The notes under the pieces: model-generated
Databases searched by the model: none
Told to the model about the DNA's origin: nothing
What the model saw: only the letters and a program-made list of their open reading frames with translations
In this document: one piece after another, positions 9,846-22,800 of the stretch
Layout of the letters: each line of letters starts with the position of its first letter
Numbering within the stretch: position 1 is the first letter of the stretch
Position numbers and translations under genes: made by a program
Assembly (NCBI GenBank): GCA_963755715.1
Contig: CAVWLW010000032.1
Coordinates: forward strand, 1 to 64,000
Source of the DNA: an uncultured delta proteobacterium
GTDB taxonomy: Bacteria > Desulfobacterota > Binatia > UBA9968
Length of the DNA: 64,000 nucleotides
Direction: 5' to 3'

Positions 9846-10950
9846 ATGTTTGAAGAAACTGCGGAGCAACTCACTCACTTGGAAGAGCGACTCGATCTTT
9901 TGCGGAGGCGTCTTTGACGTCGAGAGCAAACAGAAACGAATCCACGAGTTAAACCAACTCACGGCACAGCCCGATTTTTGGAACGACGGCGAAAAAGCCC
10001 AAGTCGTTCTCAAGGAACAATCCGCTCTCAAGACGCTCATCGGTGTTTGGGAAAAGCACCACTCGGATCTCGAGGAGGCGCGTTTTTTCCTCGACGTAGC
10101 CCAAGAGGAGAAAAGTGAGGAAGCGCTCAACGAGGCTGCGGCGAAAATCGCTACGGTCAGCAAAGAGTTGGCGCAGACGGAACTCACCCAGCTGCTCGGC
10201 GGCTCGGACGACCGGCGCAATGCGATCGTCAACCTTCATCCCGGCGCGGGTGGCACGGAGGCACAGGATTGGGCCGAAATACTCTTGCGCATGTATCTGC
10301 GCTGGTGTGATCGGCGCGGTTATCGGAAAGAGATTCTCGAATATCAACCCGGCGAAGAGGCGGGCGTTAAAAGCGTGACCTTCTTGGTGGAAGGCGACTA
10401 CGCCTATGGTTATTTGAAAGCCGAGGCGGGTATTCACCGGCTCGTGCGCATATCGCCCTTCGACGCCAATTCGCGGCGCCATACTTCATTCGCCTCGGTT
10501 TTCGTCTATCCGGAAGTGGACGACGATATCAAAATCGAAATCAACGAAGCCGATTTGCGCGTCGATACCTACCGCTCCAGCGGCGCCGGCGGGCAGCATG
10601 TCAATAAGACGGATTCCGCCGTGCGGCTTACCCATCTTCCCACGAACATTGTCGTCGCCTGCCAGAACGAGCGCTCACAGCACAAGAACCGGGCGATGGC
10701 GATGAAGATCTTGAAGTCGCGTCTCTACGAGCTCGAGGTCGAAAAGCAGAAAGAGAAAATGGAGAGCTACCACAAAACTAAAAAAGATATCGCCTGGGGC
10801 AGCCAGATCCGCTCCTATGTGCTTGCTCCGTACCGCATGGTCAAGGACCATCGCACCAACGTCGAAGTCGGCAACGCCGACGGCGTGTTGGACGGCGATC
10901 TCGATCCATTTATCGAAGCTTACTTGATGCAGGCCGACGAGCCGGCGTAG
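9846..10950 (+). CDS. prfB: Peptide chain release factor 2 with programmed +1 frameshift at CTT-TGA-C (9912-9918)
   Basis: ATG at 9846 gives [23 protein letters not shown]; internal SD GGAGG 9904-9908 precedes CTTTGAC; the +1 frame contains SPF and GGQ motifs. Confidence 0.97.
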
Positions 10951-11003
10951 CGAGAATCGCTTAGTATTGGGTTAGCATCGGGGCATAGTTGCCGGGAGGA
11001 AAG

Positions 11004-12210
11004 ATGGATGATTCATCGGTCAGCGCTTTGAACGAAACACCATCTAGCGAAAACCATCGTAATATGGAGGCGGCGGTGCTCGAGCGCTACGGCAACGCCG
11101 CGCAGACAGTTGAGGCCTGCCTTTGTTTGCCAGTGAGCTACGACAAGGCTCTTCTGAACGTCATCCCCGACGAAATCCTTGAACGAGATTACGGCTGCGG
11201 CGATCCTTCGCGCTACATTCGCGAAGGCGAAACGGTGGTCGATTTAGGATCGGGCAGCGGCAAGGCTTGCTACATCATTTCGCAAATTGTCGGTGCAAGA
11301 GGACGAGTTATCGGCATCGATTTTAATCCGCCGATGCTGGAACTCGCGCGCAAATATCAAAGATTGATCGGCGAGAAACTCGGTTATCACAACGTCGAAT
11401 TTCGCCGCGGCAAGATTCAAGATTTGAAAGACCGATCTCGAATTGCTCGACCAACACCTGAAGGAGAATCCAGTGCGTTCGGTCGCCGACCTGGCGCGTT
11501 TAGAAGAATTCGAAAGCCGCATGCGCCGGGAGCAGCCTTTGATCGCCGACGAATCCATCGACGTGGTCGTTTCGAGCTGCGTGCTCAATCTGGTTCGGGC
11601 CGAAGACAAGAAGCAGCTCTTCACGGAAATGTACCGCGTGCTCAAGCGCGGCGGACGGGTAGCGATTTCCGACATCGTCAGCGACGAGCCGGTGCCGGAT
11701 CATTTGGCGCGCGATCCGAATCTTTGGAGCGCCTGCGTTTCGGGCGCTTTCCAAGAAGAAGAATTTCTCCGCGCTTTCGAAGAAGCCAAATTCCACGGCG
11801 TTCAGATCGAAGACTTCAGTTCGAAACCTTACCAGACCGTCGAAGGCATCGAGTTTCGCGCCATCACGGTCACGGCCTACAAGGGCAAAGAGGGGCCGTG
11901 CATCGAACGCAACCAGGCGGTCATTTACCGCGGCCCGTGGAAACAAGTGGTGGACGACGACGGCCATACGCTGGAGCGCGGCGTGCGGATGGCGGTGTGC
12001 GACAAAACCTTCGGACTCTATTCGCGGGCGCCGTACTCTGGGCAATTTATCCTCGTGCCGCCGCGAGACGAAGTCGCCATGGATAACGCCGGCCTGTTCG
12101 ACTGCGCGCGCGATCATAAACGCCACCCGCGCGAGACCAAGGGAGTTGACTTCAAGATCACGCAATTGTCCGGCGGCGCTTGCGGACCGAACTCGAATTG
12201 CTGCCCGTAG
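11004..12210 (+). CDS. arsM: Arsenite methyltransferase-like (ArsM-type, long form) SAM-dependent methyltransferase (frameshift near 11430)
   Basis: LCLPVSYD, RDYGCGDPS, VVDLGSGSG, VVVSSCVLNLV, LWSACVSGA, C-terminal CCP; directly upstream of an arsS-like gene. Confidence 0.75.
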
Positions 12211-12272
12211 AAAATTAAAAAGTAAAAACTAAAAAGGCAAAAATAAGAGCAGCTGGTCTCGCTTAAGTTTCC

Positions 12273-13235
12273 ATGCAATCGTTCGCGGAAAGACTCCGAT
12301 CAAACGGCTGTAGCCTGAGCCGGCGCGCCGTCGATGTTTTGCAAGTCAATCTGGGGCGCTATTGCAATCTCGCCTGCATTCATTGCCACGTTGAGTCAGG
12401 TCCGACGCGCAAAGAGATGATGAGCCGGGAGAACGTCGAGGCGGTGCTGCGCTTCCTGGCGCGCACGGGGATTCCGACTTTGGATATCACCGGCGGCGCG
12501 CCCGAGCTGCACTCCGATTTCGCTTATCTAATCGCGTCGGCGCGCAAGCTCGGCCGCCACGTCATGGACCGCTGCAATCTCACGGTACTCTTTGAGCCCG
12601 GCATGGAGTATTTGCCGGAGTTTTTCAAACTTAATGAGGTCGAGCTGGTTTGTTCACTTCCTTGCTACTCCGAAGAGAATGTCGACAAACAGCGCGGCAA
12701 AGGAACTTTTGATGCGAGCATTCGAGCGTTGCAACTTTTAAATGAGATCGGCTACGGCCAAATCGATGGCGATCTGGTTCTGAACCTGGTTTACAATCCC
12801 GTCGGCCCCCATTTGCCGCCGCGGCAAGACAAGCTCGAACAAGACTATAAAAAGATTCTCCGCGAGCAATTCGGCATCGCGTTCAATCATCTCTATTGCC
12901 TCACCAACATGCCCATTACGCGCTACGCGACTCATCTCAAGCTGCGCGGCGAATACGACCGCTACAAAGAATTGCTCGAAAGCAACTTCAACGGCGCAAC
13001 TTTGGATCAAGTCATGTGCCGCAATCTGATCAGCATCGGCTGGGACGGATCGGTCTACGACTGCGACTTCAACCAGATGCTTGAGATGCCGATTCTTGAC
13101 GCCGCCGGCAACAGGCTTCACATCGCATCGTTGGCCCTCGATCAAGTTCGAGAGCGATCTATCCAAGTCGGCGATCACTGCTACGGCTGCGCCGCCGGGT
13201 CGGGCAGCAGCTGCGGCGGCGAGCTGGTTCAATAG
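12273..13235 (+). CDS. arsS: Radical SAM protein with Cys-rich C-terminus (arsenosugar biosynthesis ArsS family, DUF3641)
   Basis: LQVNLGRYCNLACIHCHV (CxxxCxxC), DITGGAPE, VMCRNLIS, YDCDFNQML, HCYGCAAGSGSSCGG. Confidence 0.88.
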   Translation: MQSFAERLRSNGCSLSRRAVDVLQVNLGRYCNLACIHCHVESGPTRKEMMSRENVEAVLRFLARTGIPTLDITGGAPELHSDFAYLIASARKLGRHVMDRCNLTVLFEPGMEYLPEFFKLNEVELVCSLPCYSEENVDKQRGKGTFDASIRALQLLNEIGYGQIDGDLVLNLVYNPVGPHLPPRQDKLEQDYKKILREQFGIAFNHLYCLTNMPITRYATHLKLRGEYDRYKELLESNFNGATLDQVMCRNLISIGWDGSVYDCDFNQMLEMPILDAAGNRLHIASLALDQVRERSIQVGDHCYGCAAGSGSSCGGELVQ

Positions 13236-13314
13236 GTTCCAAAACCGGTGGCAGCCATCCAGGTCATTTCATACTCTCATGGCGTGAAACTAACGCCCGT
13301 CATTGCGGACCCGC

Positions 13315-14037
13315 ATGAAACTCCATAAGGCTGTCCTCGTCGTTGCGCTACTGGCGTCAATAGGGATCGCCGGTTTCCTCCTGCCCGTGCGCGCCTGGTT
13401 TGCGGAATTCGAAGCGTATGTGCATTCCCTTGGCGCCATAGGGCCGGCCATTTATGCGTTGGGTTATGTCGTACTTACGGTGCTGTTGTTTCCGGCCAGT
13501 TTTGTGACACTGGGCGCCGGAACGCTGTTCGGGTTAAAAACCGGTTTGTTTGTAGCTCTAGCCGGCGCCAACCTCGGCGCGCTCTGTTCGTTTCTTCTGG
13601 CGCGCACTTTTCTGCGGCAAAAAGTTATGCTCTGGACAGCGCCCTATCCCAAGTTTCGCTTCCTCGACGAAGCCATCGGCAAGCAGGGTTTCAAAATGGT
13701 TTTGCTGTGCCGGTTGAGCCCGATCTTTCCGTTCATTCTGCTTAACTATTTTCTCGGTCTGACGGCCGTGCGCACCGCCGCTTATGTCCTGGCGAATTTG
13801 CTCGGCATGTTGCCGGCGATGTTTCTTCTTGTCTACGTCGGCGCGGCGGCGCGCGATGCGCTCGAGGTGCAACCGAACGCAGCCACCGATTTCTATCAGC
13901 AAATTTTAAAATACGTGGGTTTGGCGGCAACCGTCTTGATGGTCGTGGTCGTTACGCGTCTGGCGCGCAAAGCGCTGCGCGAGGCCGAGCAGGCGCATGA
14001 GAAGAGCGGCGGCGTCAGTCAAAGCGCACATCGATGA
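13315..14037 (+). CDS. TVP38/TMEM64 (DedA/SNARE-associated) membrane protein, possibly fused to the downstream oxidoreductase
   Basis: LTVLLFPASFVTLGAGTLFG and RLSPIFPFILLNYFLGLT DedA motifs. Confidence 0.85.
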   Translation: MKLHKAVLVVALLASIGIAGFLLPVRAWFAEFEAYVHSLGAIGPAIYALGYVVLTVLLFPASFVTLGAGTLFGLKTGLFVALAGANLGALCSFLLARTFLRQKVMLWTAPYPKFRFLDEAIGKQGFKMVLLCRLSPIFPFILLNYFLGLTAVRTAAYVLANLLGMLPAMFLLVYVGAAARDALEVQPNAATDFYQQILKYVGLAATVLMVVVVTRLARKALREAEQAHEKSGGVSQSAHR

Positions 14038-15573
14038 GAATCATGAGCCGACGCCTTTTGACAAGATGGTGACGGTCGAAGATCCGCACGACCAGCAATT
14101 GATTGAGAATTGCCGTCCATCAGGTTGGGTCAATCCTATGCCAGCAAAAAAATATAATTTGGTCGTCATCGGCGGCGGCACCGCGGGGCTGGTGAGCGCG
14201 GCGGGCGCCGCCGGGCTGGGCGCCAAGAGTCGCGCTCATCGAGCGCAATTTATTGGGCGGCGATTGTTTGAACGTCGGTTGCGTGCCGTCAAAAGGCATC
14301 ATTCGCGCCGCGCGCGCGGCGGGCGAAGCGCGGGGCGGCGGCGAATTCGGAATCACGCCTCCTGGCGAAGCGGAAATCAATTTTTCCGCCGTCATGGCGC
14401 GCATGCGCAGACTGCGCGCCGATATCAGCGCGCACGATTCCGTCGAGCGCTTCACTCAGCTCGGCGTCGACGTATTCATCGGCAACGGTAGATTCGTCGG
14501 CCCGAGCAGCGATCGAAGTCGATGACCAACAATTGAAATTTGATCGCGCGGTTATCGCCACCGGCGCGCGCGCCGCGGAACCGCCGATAAGCGGGTTACG
14601 CGACGCCGGCTTTTATACCAACGAGACGATATTTACTTTGACGGAATTACCGCGCCGCTTGGCGGTGATCGGTGCCGGGCCGCTCGGCTGCGAGCTGGCG
14701 CAGTGCTTTCAGCGCTTGGGCAGCGGGGTGACATTGATCACTGAGGGCGCTGAAATCCTTCCTAGGGAAGACCGCGACGCGGCGCAGATCGTACACCGAC
14801 AAATGGAAAAGGATGGCGTGCGAATCATCGCCGGCGCCAACATTCAACGCGCGGAAATAAGAGACGGCGCAAAAATTTTGACGCTAACCGCCGCTGATCA
14901 ACAATTCGCCATCGCTTGTGACGCCATCTTGGTTTCGGTCGGGCGCACGCCGAATGTCGAAAATCTTGGTCTGGAAGCCGCGGGCATTCGCTACTCGGCG
15001 CGCGGCGTCGAGGTCGACGAGCGGCTACGCACGACCAACCGGCGTGTCTTTGCCGCCGGGGATATCTGCTCGCGCTACAAATTCACCCACGCCGCCGACG
15101 CCATGGCACGTATCGTGATTGCCAACGCGCTATTCTTTGCGCGGCGCAAAGTGACCGATCTGGTGATTCCGTGGTGCACGTATACCGACCCGGAAGTTGC
15201 TCACGTCGGTTTCCATGAAAAAGACGCGCGTGCTGCAGGCTTCGACGTGGCGACAATTACGCAGACGCTGAGTGAAGTCGATCGCGCCGTACTTGACGGT
15301 GAAACCGCAGGCTTTGGGCGAGTTCATTACGACAAGAAGACAGGCAAAATTCTCGGCGGCACGATCGTGGCGCGCCATGCCGGTGAGATGATTGGCGAGC
15401 TGACGCTGGCGATGGTCGCGAAGCAAAGTGTCGGCGTGCTGTCTTCGACAATTCATTCCTATCCGACTCAAGTCGAGGCGCTACGCAAAATCGGCGATGC
15501 GTACATGAAGACGAAATTGACGCCGACGGTGAAGAAGATCTTTGAAAAGTGGCTGGCGTGGCGGCGCTCGTAA
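13997..15573 (+). CDS. Mercuric-reductase-like pyridine nucleotide-disulfide oxidoreductase (frameshifts near 14228 and 14512)
   Basis: YNLVVIGGGTAG, GGDCLNVGCVPSK, IATGAR, IGAGPLGCE, AAGDI, IHSYPT; no C-terminal CC pair as in true MerA. Confidence 0.85.
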
Positions 15574-15591
15574 CAACGCAAGGGGTGAAAG

Positions 15592-16453
15592 GTGAGGAAT
15601 AAGGCGATTTCACTGCGGCTCATCTCGATTTGGGCACGAGTTGCAGTTTTGGTTCTGCTCGGGCATTCAATGGCGCATGGCGCGCAAAAGGCAGAGCTCT
15701 GGGCGCGCTGGCAGAAGCATGATCCGGGAAGCGCGCAGAAAATCGATCACAGCGCGTGGGACGGCTTTCTCAAGAAATTCGTCGTTGTGTCGGACCCATC
15801 GGGAATCAACCGCGTTCGGTACCAAGCGGTCGCCGCGGTAGGATTTCAAGAGTTTGCAAGACTATCTCAGATCGATGCAGGCAGTGGCGATTTCCAATTA
15901 CAACCGCAACGAACAGAAAGCCTTCTGGATCAACGTTTATAACGCGCTGACTATTGATGTGGTTTTGTCGCGTTTTCCAGTGGTATCGATCCGCACCATC
16001 AACATTTCGCCGGAGTTGCTGTCGCAGGGGCCGTGGGGCGCGAAATTATTTATCGTCGAAGGCGAAAAGCTTTCGCTCGATGACATCGAGCATCGAATCC
16101 TCCGGCCGATCTGGAAGGATAATCGCGTGCATTATGCGGTCAATGCCGCGGCCTTGGGTTCCCCCAATCTTCAACCGTTGGCATTTACGGGCGAGAATAC
16201 GGAAGCGCTATTGGAAAAGGGCGCGCGTGAATTCATCAATCATCCGCGCGGCGTGGACATTCAAAAAAACCGGCTGCAGGTGTCGAGCATCTATGTCTGG
16301 TTTCAGGAAGACTTCGGCCGCGATGCCGAAGACTTGATGGAGCACTGGCAGCAATATGCGAATCCAAAGTTAACCGACGCACTGGAAAAGTACAACGGCG
16401 GACTGACGCATGATTTTGATTGGCGTCTCAACGGCGCAGATCTGAAGCCCTAG
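15592..16453 (+). CDS. DUF547 domain protein with signal peptide (frameshift near 15840)
   Basis: IDHSAWDGFLKK, QKAFWINVYNALT, SLDDIEHRILR, RVHYAVNAAALGSPNL, SSIYVWFQEDF. Confidence 0.85.
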
Positions 16454-16476
16454 GTCGCTGCTGCGGTCCCGATACG

Positions 16477-17154
16477 ATGAATATTTCCGTTGTCCTTCCT
16501 GTGCTGAACGAAGAGCAATCGATCCGGGGGACGTTGCAATCGCTGATCCGCCTTACGCCTTACGAAATTATCGTGGTCGATGGCGGCAGCCGCGACCGGA
16601 CTTTAGAGATTTGTAAGGAATTCGCGGTCGACGTTATGCATGCAGAACGCGGTAGAGCACGGCAGATGAACGTCGGCGCCCGCCGCGCGAGCGGCGAGGT
16701 CCTGCTATTTTTGCACGCCGATACCCGGTTGCCCCAATCGGCGCTGAACGATATCGCGGCGGCGCTCAGCGACTCGCGCTATCTCGGCGGCCGTTTCGAT
16801 GTCGAGTTGGAAGGCGCGCACTGGATGCTCAAAATCGTCGGAACGTTGATCAATTATCGCTCGCGCGTGACCCAAGTCGGCACCGGCGATCAGGCGCTGT
16901 TTGTTCGGCGCGAAGTTTTCGAGCGGATGGGCGGATTCCCAGACATTCCGTTGATGGAGGACATTGCCTTTTGCCGTGCGCTCAAGCGCATCGGCGGCGT
17001 TGCCTGCCTGCGCAGCCGCGTCATCACGTCGGCGCGGCGCTGGGAGCGGGATGGTGTCTGGCGCACGATTTTCAAAATGTGGTCGCTCAAAGTTTGTTAT
17101 CTGGCCGGCGTTTCGCCCATGCGACTGAAGCGATTTTATGCCGATACGCGCTAA
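16477..17154 (+). CDS. GT2 glycosyltransferase, TIGR04283 (rSAM/selenodomain-associated transferase 2) type
   Basis: ISVVLPVLNE, VDGGSRD, GRARQMNVGA, FLHADT, GDQALFV, GGFPDIPLMED, TSARRW. Confidence 0.9.
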   Translation: MNISVVLPVLNEEQSIRGTLQSLIRLTPYEIIVVDGGSRDRTLEICKEFAVDVMHAERGRARQMNVGARRASGEVLLFLHADTRLPQSALNDIAAALSDSRYLGGRFDVELEGAHWMLKIVGTLINYRSRVTQVGTGDQALFVRREVFERMGGFPDIPLMEDIAFCRALKRIGGVACLRSRVITSARRWERDGVWRTIFKMWSLKVCYLAGVSPMRLKRFYADTR

Positions 17155-17779
17155 TGCGTTGGCCATCATGGCCAAGGCGCCGATTGCCGGGACCGTCAAG
17201 ACTCGTTTGCTGCCATATTTATCAGCCGAAGAGGCGGCGGAGCTGGCGCGTTCACTGCTATTGGACCAACTGAGTCACCTATGCGCGATCGAGGCTGCCG
17301 ATCTCTACGTCGCGTTTACGCCGCCGCACGAAGAAGCGCTGATGCGGCGGTTGGCCCCTGCTTCGTTCCAGCTTTTTTCCCAGAGCGAGGGCGATCTCGG
17401 CGCGCGCATGCAGAATATTTTCTCAGCGCTCTTTGCCAAAGAATATAAAAACGTCGTCCTCATCGGCGCCGACTTGCCGCCTGTGCCACTCGATTATTTT
17501 GCTCAGGCCTATGACTATCTTGACGGTCCCGAGCCGCGCGTAGTTTTGGGACCAAGCCGCGATGGCGGCTACTATTTGGTTGGGCTCAATCGTCCAATGC
17601 CCGCGATGTTCGAGAATATGACCTGGAGCCACGACCAGGTTTTCACCCAGACAGTGACCAAGCTCGCGGATCTCGGTATCGAAACGCGCCAGCTGCCGAT
17701 CTGGTTCGACATCGACACGCCTGATGATCTGCAAATTCTGATGACCCGAGATGGACGATCCGACAAAATGTTTCGATGA
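17138..17779 (+). CDS. TIGR04282 (rSAM/selenodomain-associated transferase 1, CofC-like) glycosyltransferase; C-terminus may extend to ~17848 across an indel
   Basis: MAKAPIAGTVKTRL, QSEGDLGARM, IGADLP, LGPSRDGGYYLVG, DIDTPDDL. Confidence 0.9.
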   Translation: MPIRANALAIMAKAPIAGTVKTRLLPYLSAEEAAELARSLLLDQLSHLCAIEAADLYVAFTPPHEEALMRRLAPASFQLFSQSEGDLGARMQNIFSALFAKEYKNVVLIGADLPPVPLDYFAQAYDYLDGPEPRVVLGPSRDGGYYLVGLNRPMPAMFENMTWSHDQVFTQTVTKLADLGIETRQLPIWFDIDTPDDLQILMTRDGRSDKMFR

Positions 17780-18029
17780 AAAATACTCTCAATCTACTCC
17801 GCCGTCTCGGCCGGCGCCGTCGGCACGAGACAACAAAACCGGTGTAGTTCCGCGCGCGGCAAATCTTGATCAGAACAGCGGATTCAAAGGCGCAGGAATT
17901 TTCCCGAACGAGTTTTTTTGCCCGAGGTTGTACTTTGTCCGGTAATATTCGATCTTTATTGAGAGATTGCCGGTACGAAAAATTGCCGGACTAATCAGGC
18001 TTATTTGCAGCAACACTCGCGGAGGCCAC

Positions 18030-19943
<1,914 letters not shown>

Positions 19944-20130
19944 TGATACAGATTAGCAGCGCAAAAAAGCTGCTCCTTGTGTTAAAGAATCATTAAAAAA
20001 GAATATTTTTGGCGATGCTGCGCGCGCCGCACCGGGAGTGGGCTTATCATCATGGGTCGAATGCAATAATATGAATTCATAATCACCGTGTTGATGGAAA
20101 CGATCGTGGACAAACCAGGGGGAGGCCGGG

Positions 20131-22186
20131 ATGGCGCAGGACTCACTTGAGACGCTAAGTATCAATACTATTCGAATGCTCTCCGTGGACGCCGTGCAGA
20201 AAGCCAACTCCGGTCATCCGGGCGCGCCCATGGGTCTCGCGCCGGCTGCGTATGTTTTGTGGACGCGCTTTCTTAAACATAATCCGCAGAACCCGTCTTG
20301 GCCGGATCGTGATCGTTTCGTCCTTTCGGCGGGCCATGGATCCATGCTGCTTTACAGCATGCTCCATCTGACCGGCTACGATGTGCCACTCGACCAGATC
20401 AAGCAATTTCGCCAGTGGGGCAGTCGCACGCCCGGGCATCCCGAGCGCGGCGACACGCCCGGCGTGGAGACAACAACCGGTCCGCTCGGTCAAGGCTTTG
20501 GCAACGGCGTCGGCATGGCGATCGCCGAAGCCCATTTGGCAGCACGCTACAATCGCCCTGGGTTCGACATCGTCAATCACTTTACCTATGCGATCGTCAG
20601 CGACGGCGATTTGATGGAAGGCGTGGCCGCGGAAGCAGCGAGCCTCGCCGGCCATTTAAAACTCGGCAAGTTGATCTATTTGTACGACAACAATCGGATT
20701 TCGCTTGCCGGCGCTGCCGATCTTAGCTTCACGGAAGATTGCGCGAGACGGTTCGACGCTTACGGCTGGCACACCGAATCAGTCGAAGACGGCAACGACA
20801 TCGAAGCGATCGACCGCGCGCTGCGCGCGGCGCGCGAGGAGACGTCTCGTCCCTCACTGATTTTACTGCGCACGCACATCGGCTATGGCTCGCCGGGCAA
20901 GCAAGATACTTTTGAAGCGCATGGCTCGCCGCTCGGCGAAGCGGAAGTCAAACTAACCAAGGAAAAACTCGGCTGGCCCTTGGAGCCGACGTTTTATATA
21001 CCGGCTGAGGCGTTGACGCACTTTCGCGAGGCCGTGCGCAACGGCCCAAAGGTCGAAGCGAGTTGGAAAGAGCGTTTCAGCGCGTACGCCGAGAAATTTC
21101 CGGAACTCGCCAAAGAGCTTGAACAAATTATTAGCGGCGTGTTGCCTAGCGGATGGGAACAGTCGATTCCAAACTTTCCCGCCGACATTAAAGGCGTTGC
21201 GACGCGGGCCGCATCCGGAAAAATTCTCACTGCGATTGCGACGAAGCTGCCGACGTTGATCGGCGGCTCGGCGGATTTGAATCCATCGACATTTACGATG
21301 CTGCCGAAGCTGGGCGATTTCGAAAGCCCAGAGCGAAAGTTTACCGACAAGCAGGGCTCGGCGGGCGGAGTTTGGGATTATTCCGGGCGGAATTTGCACT
21401 TCGGCGTGCGCGAGCATGGCATGGGTGCGGCAATTAACGGTATAGCCGCGCACGGCGGTATTATTCCGTTCGGCTCGACTTTTCTTATCTTCTCCGACTA
21501 TATGCGTCCGTCGATCCGGCTCGCAGCGCTGATGGAGCTCGGCGTGATTTACGTCTTTACCCACGACAGCATCGCCGTCGGCGAAGACGGTCCGACGCAT
21601 CAACCGGTGGAACAATTGGCCGCGCTGCGCGCCATACCGCGCTTGATCGTTATTCGCCCCGGAGACGCCAACGAAACCGCGGTCGCGTGGCGGGTCGCGA
21701 TTGAAAGCCGCGCCTGCCCGGTGGCACTAGTTCTGACGCGGCAAAACCTGCCGACGCTCGACCGCAGCCAATTTGCGCGCGGCCGACGAATTACGCAAAG
21801 GCGCTTATGTCTTGGCTGACGCACCGGGCGGTCAACCCGATATCGTCTTGATCGGCACGGGATCGGAAGTATCTCTGGTTGTCGCCGCGAGAGAAAAACT
21901 CGCTGAGCAAAAGATTCAGGCGCGGGTCGTTTCCATGCCGAGTTGGGAATTGTTCGATCAACAGCCGCAAGCTTACCGCGAGTCGGTTTTTCCGAAGTCA
22001 GTACGGGCGCGTCTGGCAGTGGAAGCGGCGCTACCGCAAGGATGGCATCGCTACATCGGCGACGGCGGCGACATCGTCGGTGTCGAACGGTTCGGCGCCT
22101 CGGCGCCGGGGAACGTGGTGATGGAAAAGTTAGGATTCACCGTGAGCCACGTTGTCGAGCGGGCGACCGCGCTATTAGGAAAATAG
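20131..22186 (+). CDS. tkt: Transketolase (frameshift near 21775)
   Basis: [52 protein letters not shown]; C-terminal domain in ORF 21773-22186. Confidence 0.95.
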
Positions 22187-22189
22187 ACC

Positions 22190-22648
22190 ATGCGCATCGT
22201 GATCGGCGCGGATCATGCCGGCTTCGAGCTAAAGCGGATTATTGCGGATCGTCTGCGCAAGCAAGGACATGAGATCATCGATAAAGGCACTGATAGTGAC
22301 GATCCTGTGGATTATCCAGATTTTGCCGAGGCGGTGGGCAAAGCACTTATCAACGGCGAGGGCGAGCGCGGCGTGCTCGTCTGCGGCAGCGGTGTGGGAG
22401 CGTCAGTGGCAGCGAATAAAGTTCCCGGCGTCCGCGCCGGGCTGTGCCACGATACTTACTCAGCGCACCAAGGCGTCGAACATGATGACATGAACGTGCT
22501 CGTGCTCGGCGCGCGAGTGATCGGCGTCGAGCTGGCGTGCGAACTGGTAAATAATTTTTTAGCGGCAAAATATACCGATGAGGAGCGCCATCACCGCCGG
22601 GTGGCGAAAATCAAAGCGCTGGAGCAGCGCTATGGCAAAACGATTTGA
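22190..22648 (+). CDS. rpiB: Ribose-5-phosphate isomerase B
   Basis: [39 protein letters not shown]. Confidence 0.95.
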   Translation: MRIVIGADHAGFELKRIIADRLRKQGHEIIDKGTDSDDPVDYPDFAEAVGKALINGEGERGVLVCGSGVGASVAANKVPGVRAGLCHDTYSAHQGVEHDDMNVLVLGARVIGVELACELVNNFLAAKYTDEERHHRRVAKIKALEQRYGKTI

Positions 22649-22800
22649 TGCAGAGGCAGTATCGCGCTGATAAAAGTTTTCCGGTATGTCGTTCTGAATG
22701 TAGTAAGAATCTCGACCGACGAATTTGCTCCAAAAAGTCGAGATCCTTCGGCTTCGCCGAAGGATAACAAGGCGACACCGTCTCTTGAGGGAGAGATATA

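Noticed and set aside
12211-12246. A-rich heptamer-like run (AAAATTA AAAAGTA AAAACTA AAAAGGC) as a functional element
   Set aside because: Too short and degenerate to assign; probably a remnant of an intergenic low-complexity repeat.
12273-14037. Selenocysteine read-through in arsS or at the DedA TGA stop
   Set aside because: arsS ends in TAG with Cys at all motif positions. The DedA TGA is not at a conserved Cys position and the downstream gene is in another frame.
13997-15573. True mercuric reductase / mer operon
   Set aside because: Lacks the C-terminal Cys-Cys pair and NmerA domain; no merR/T/P nearby.
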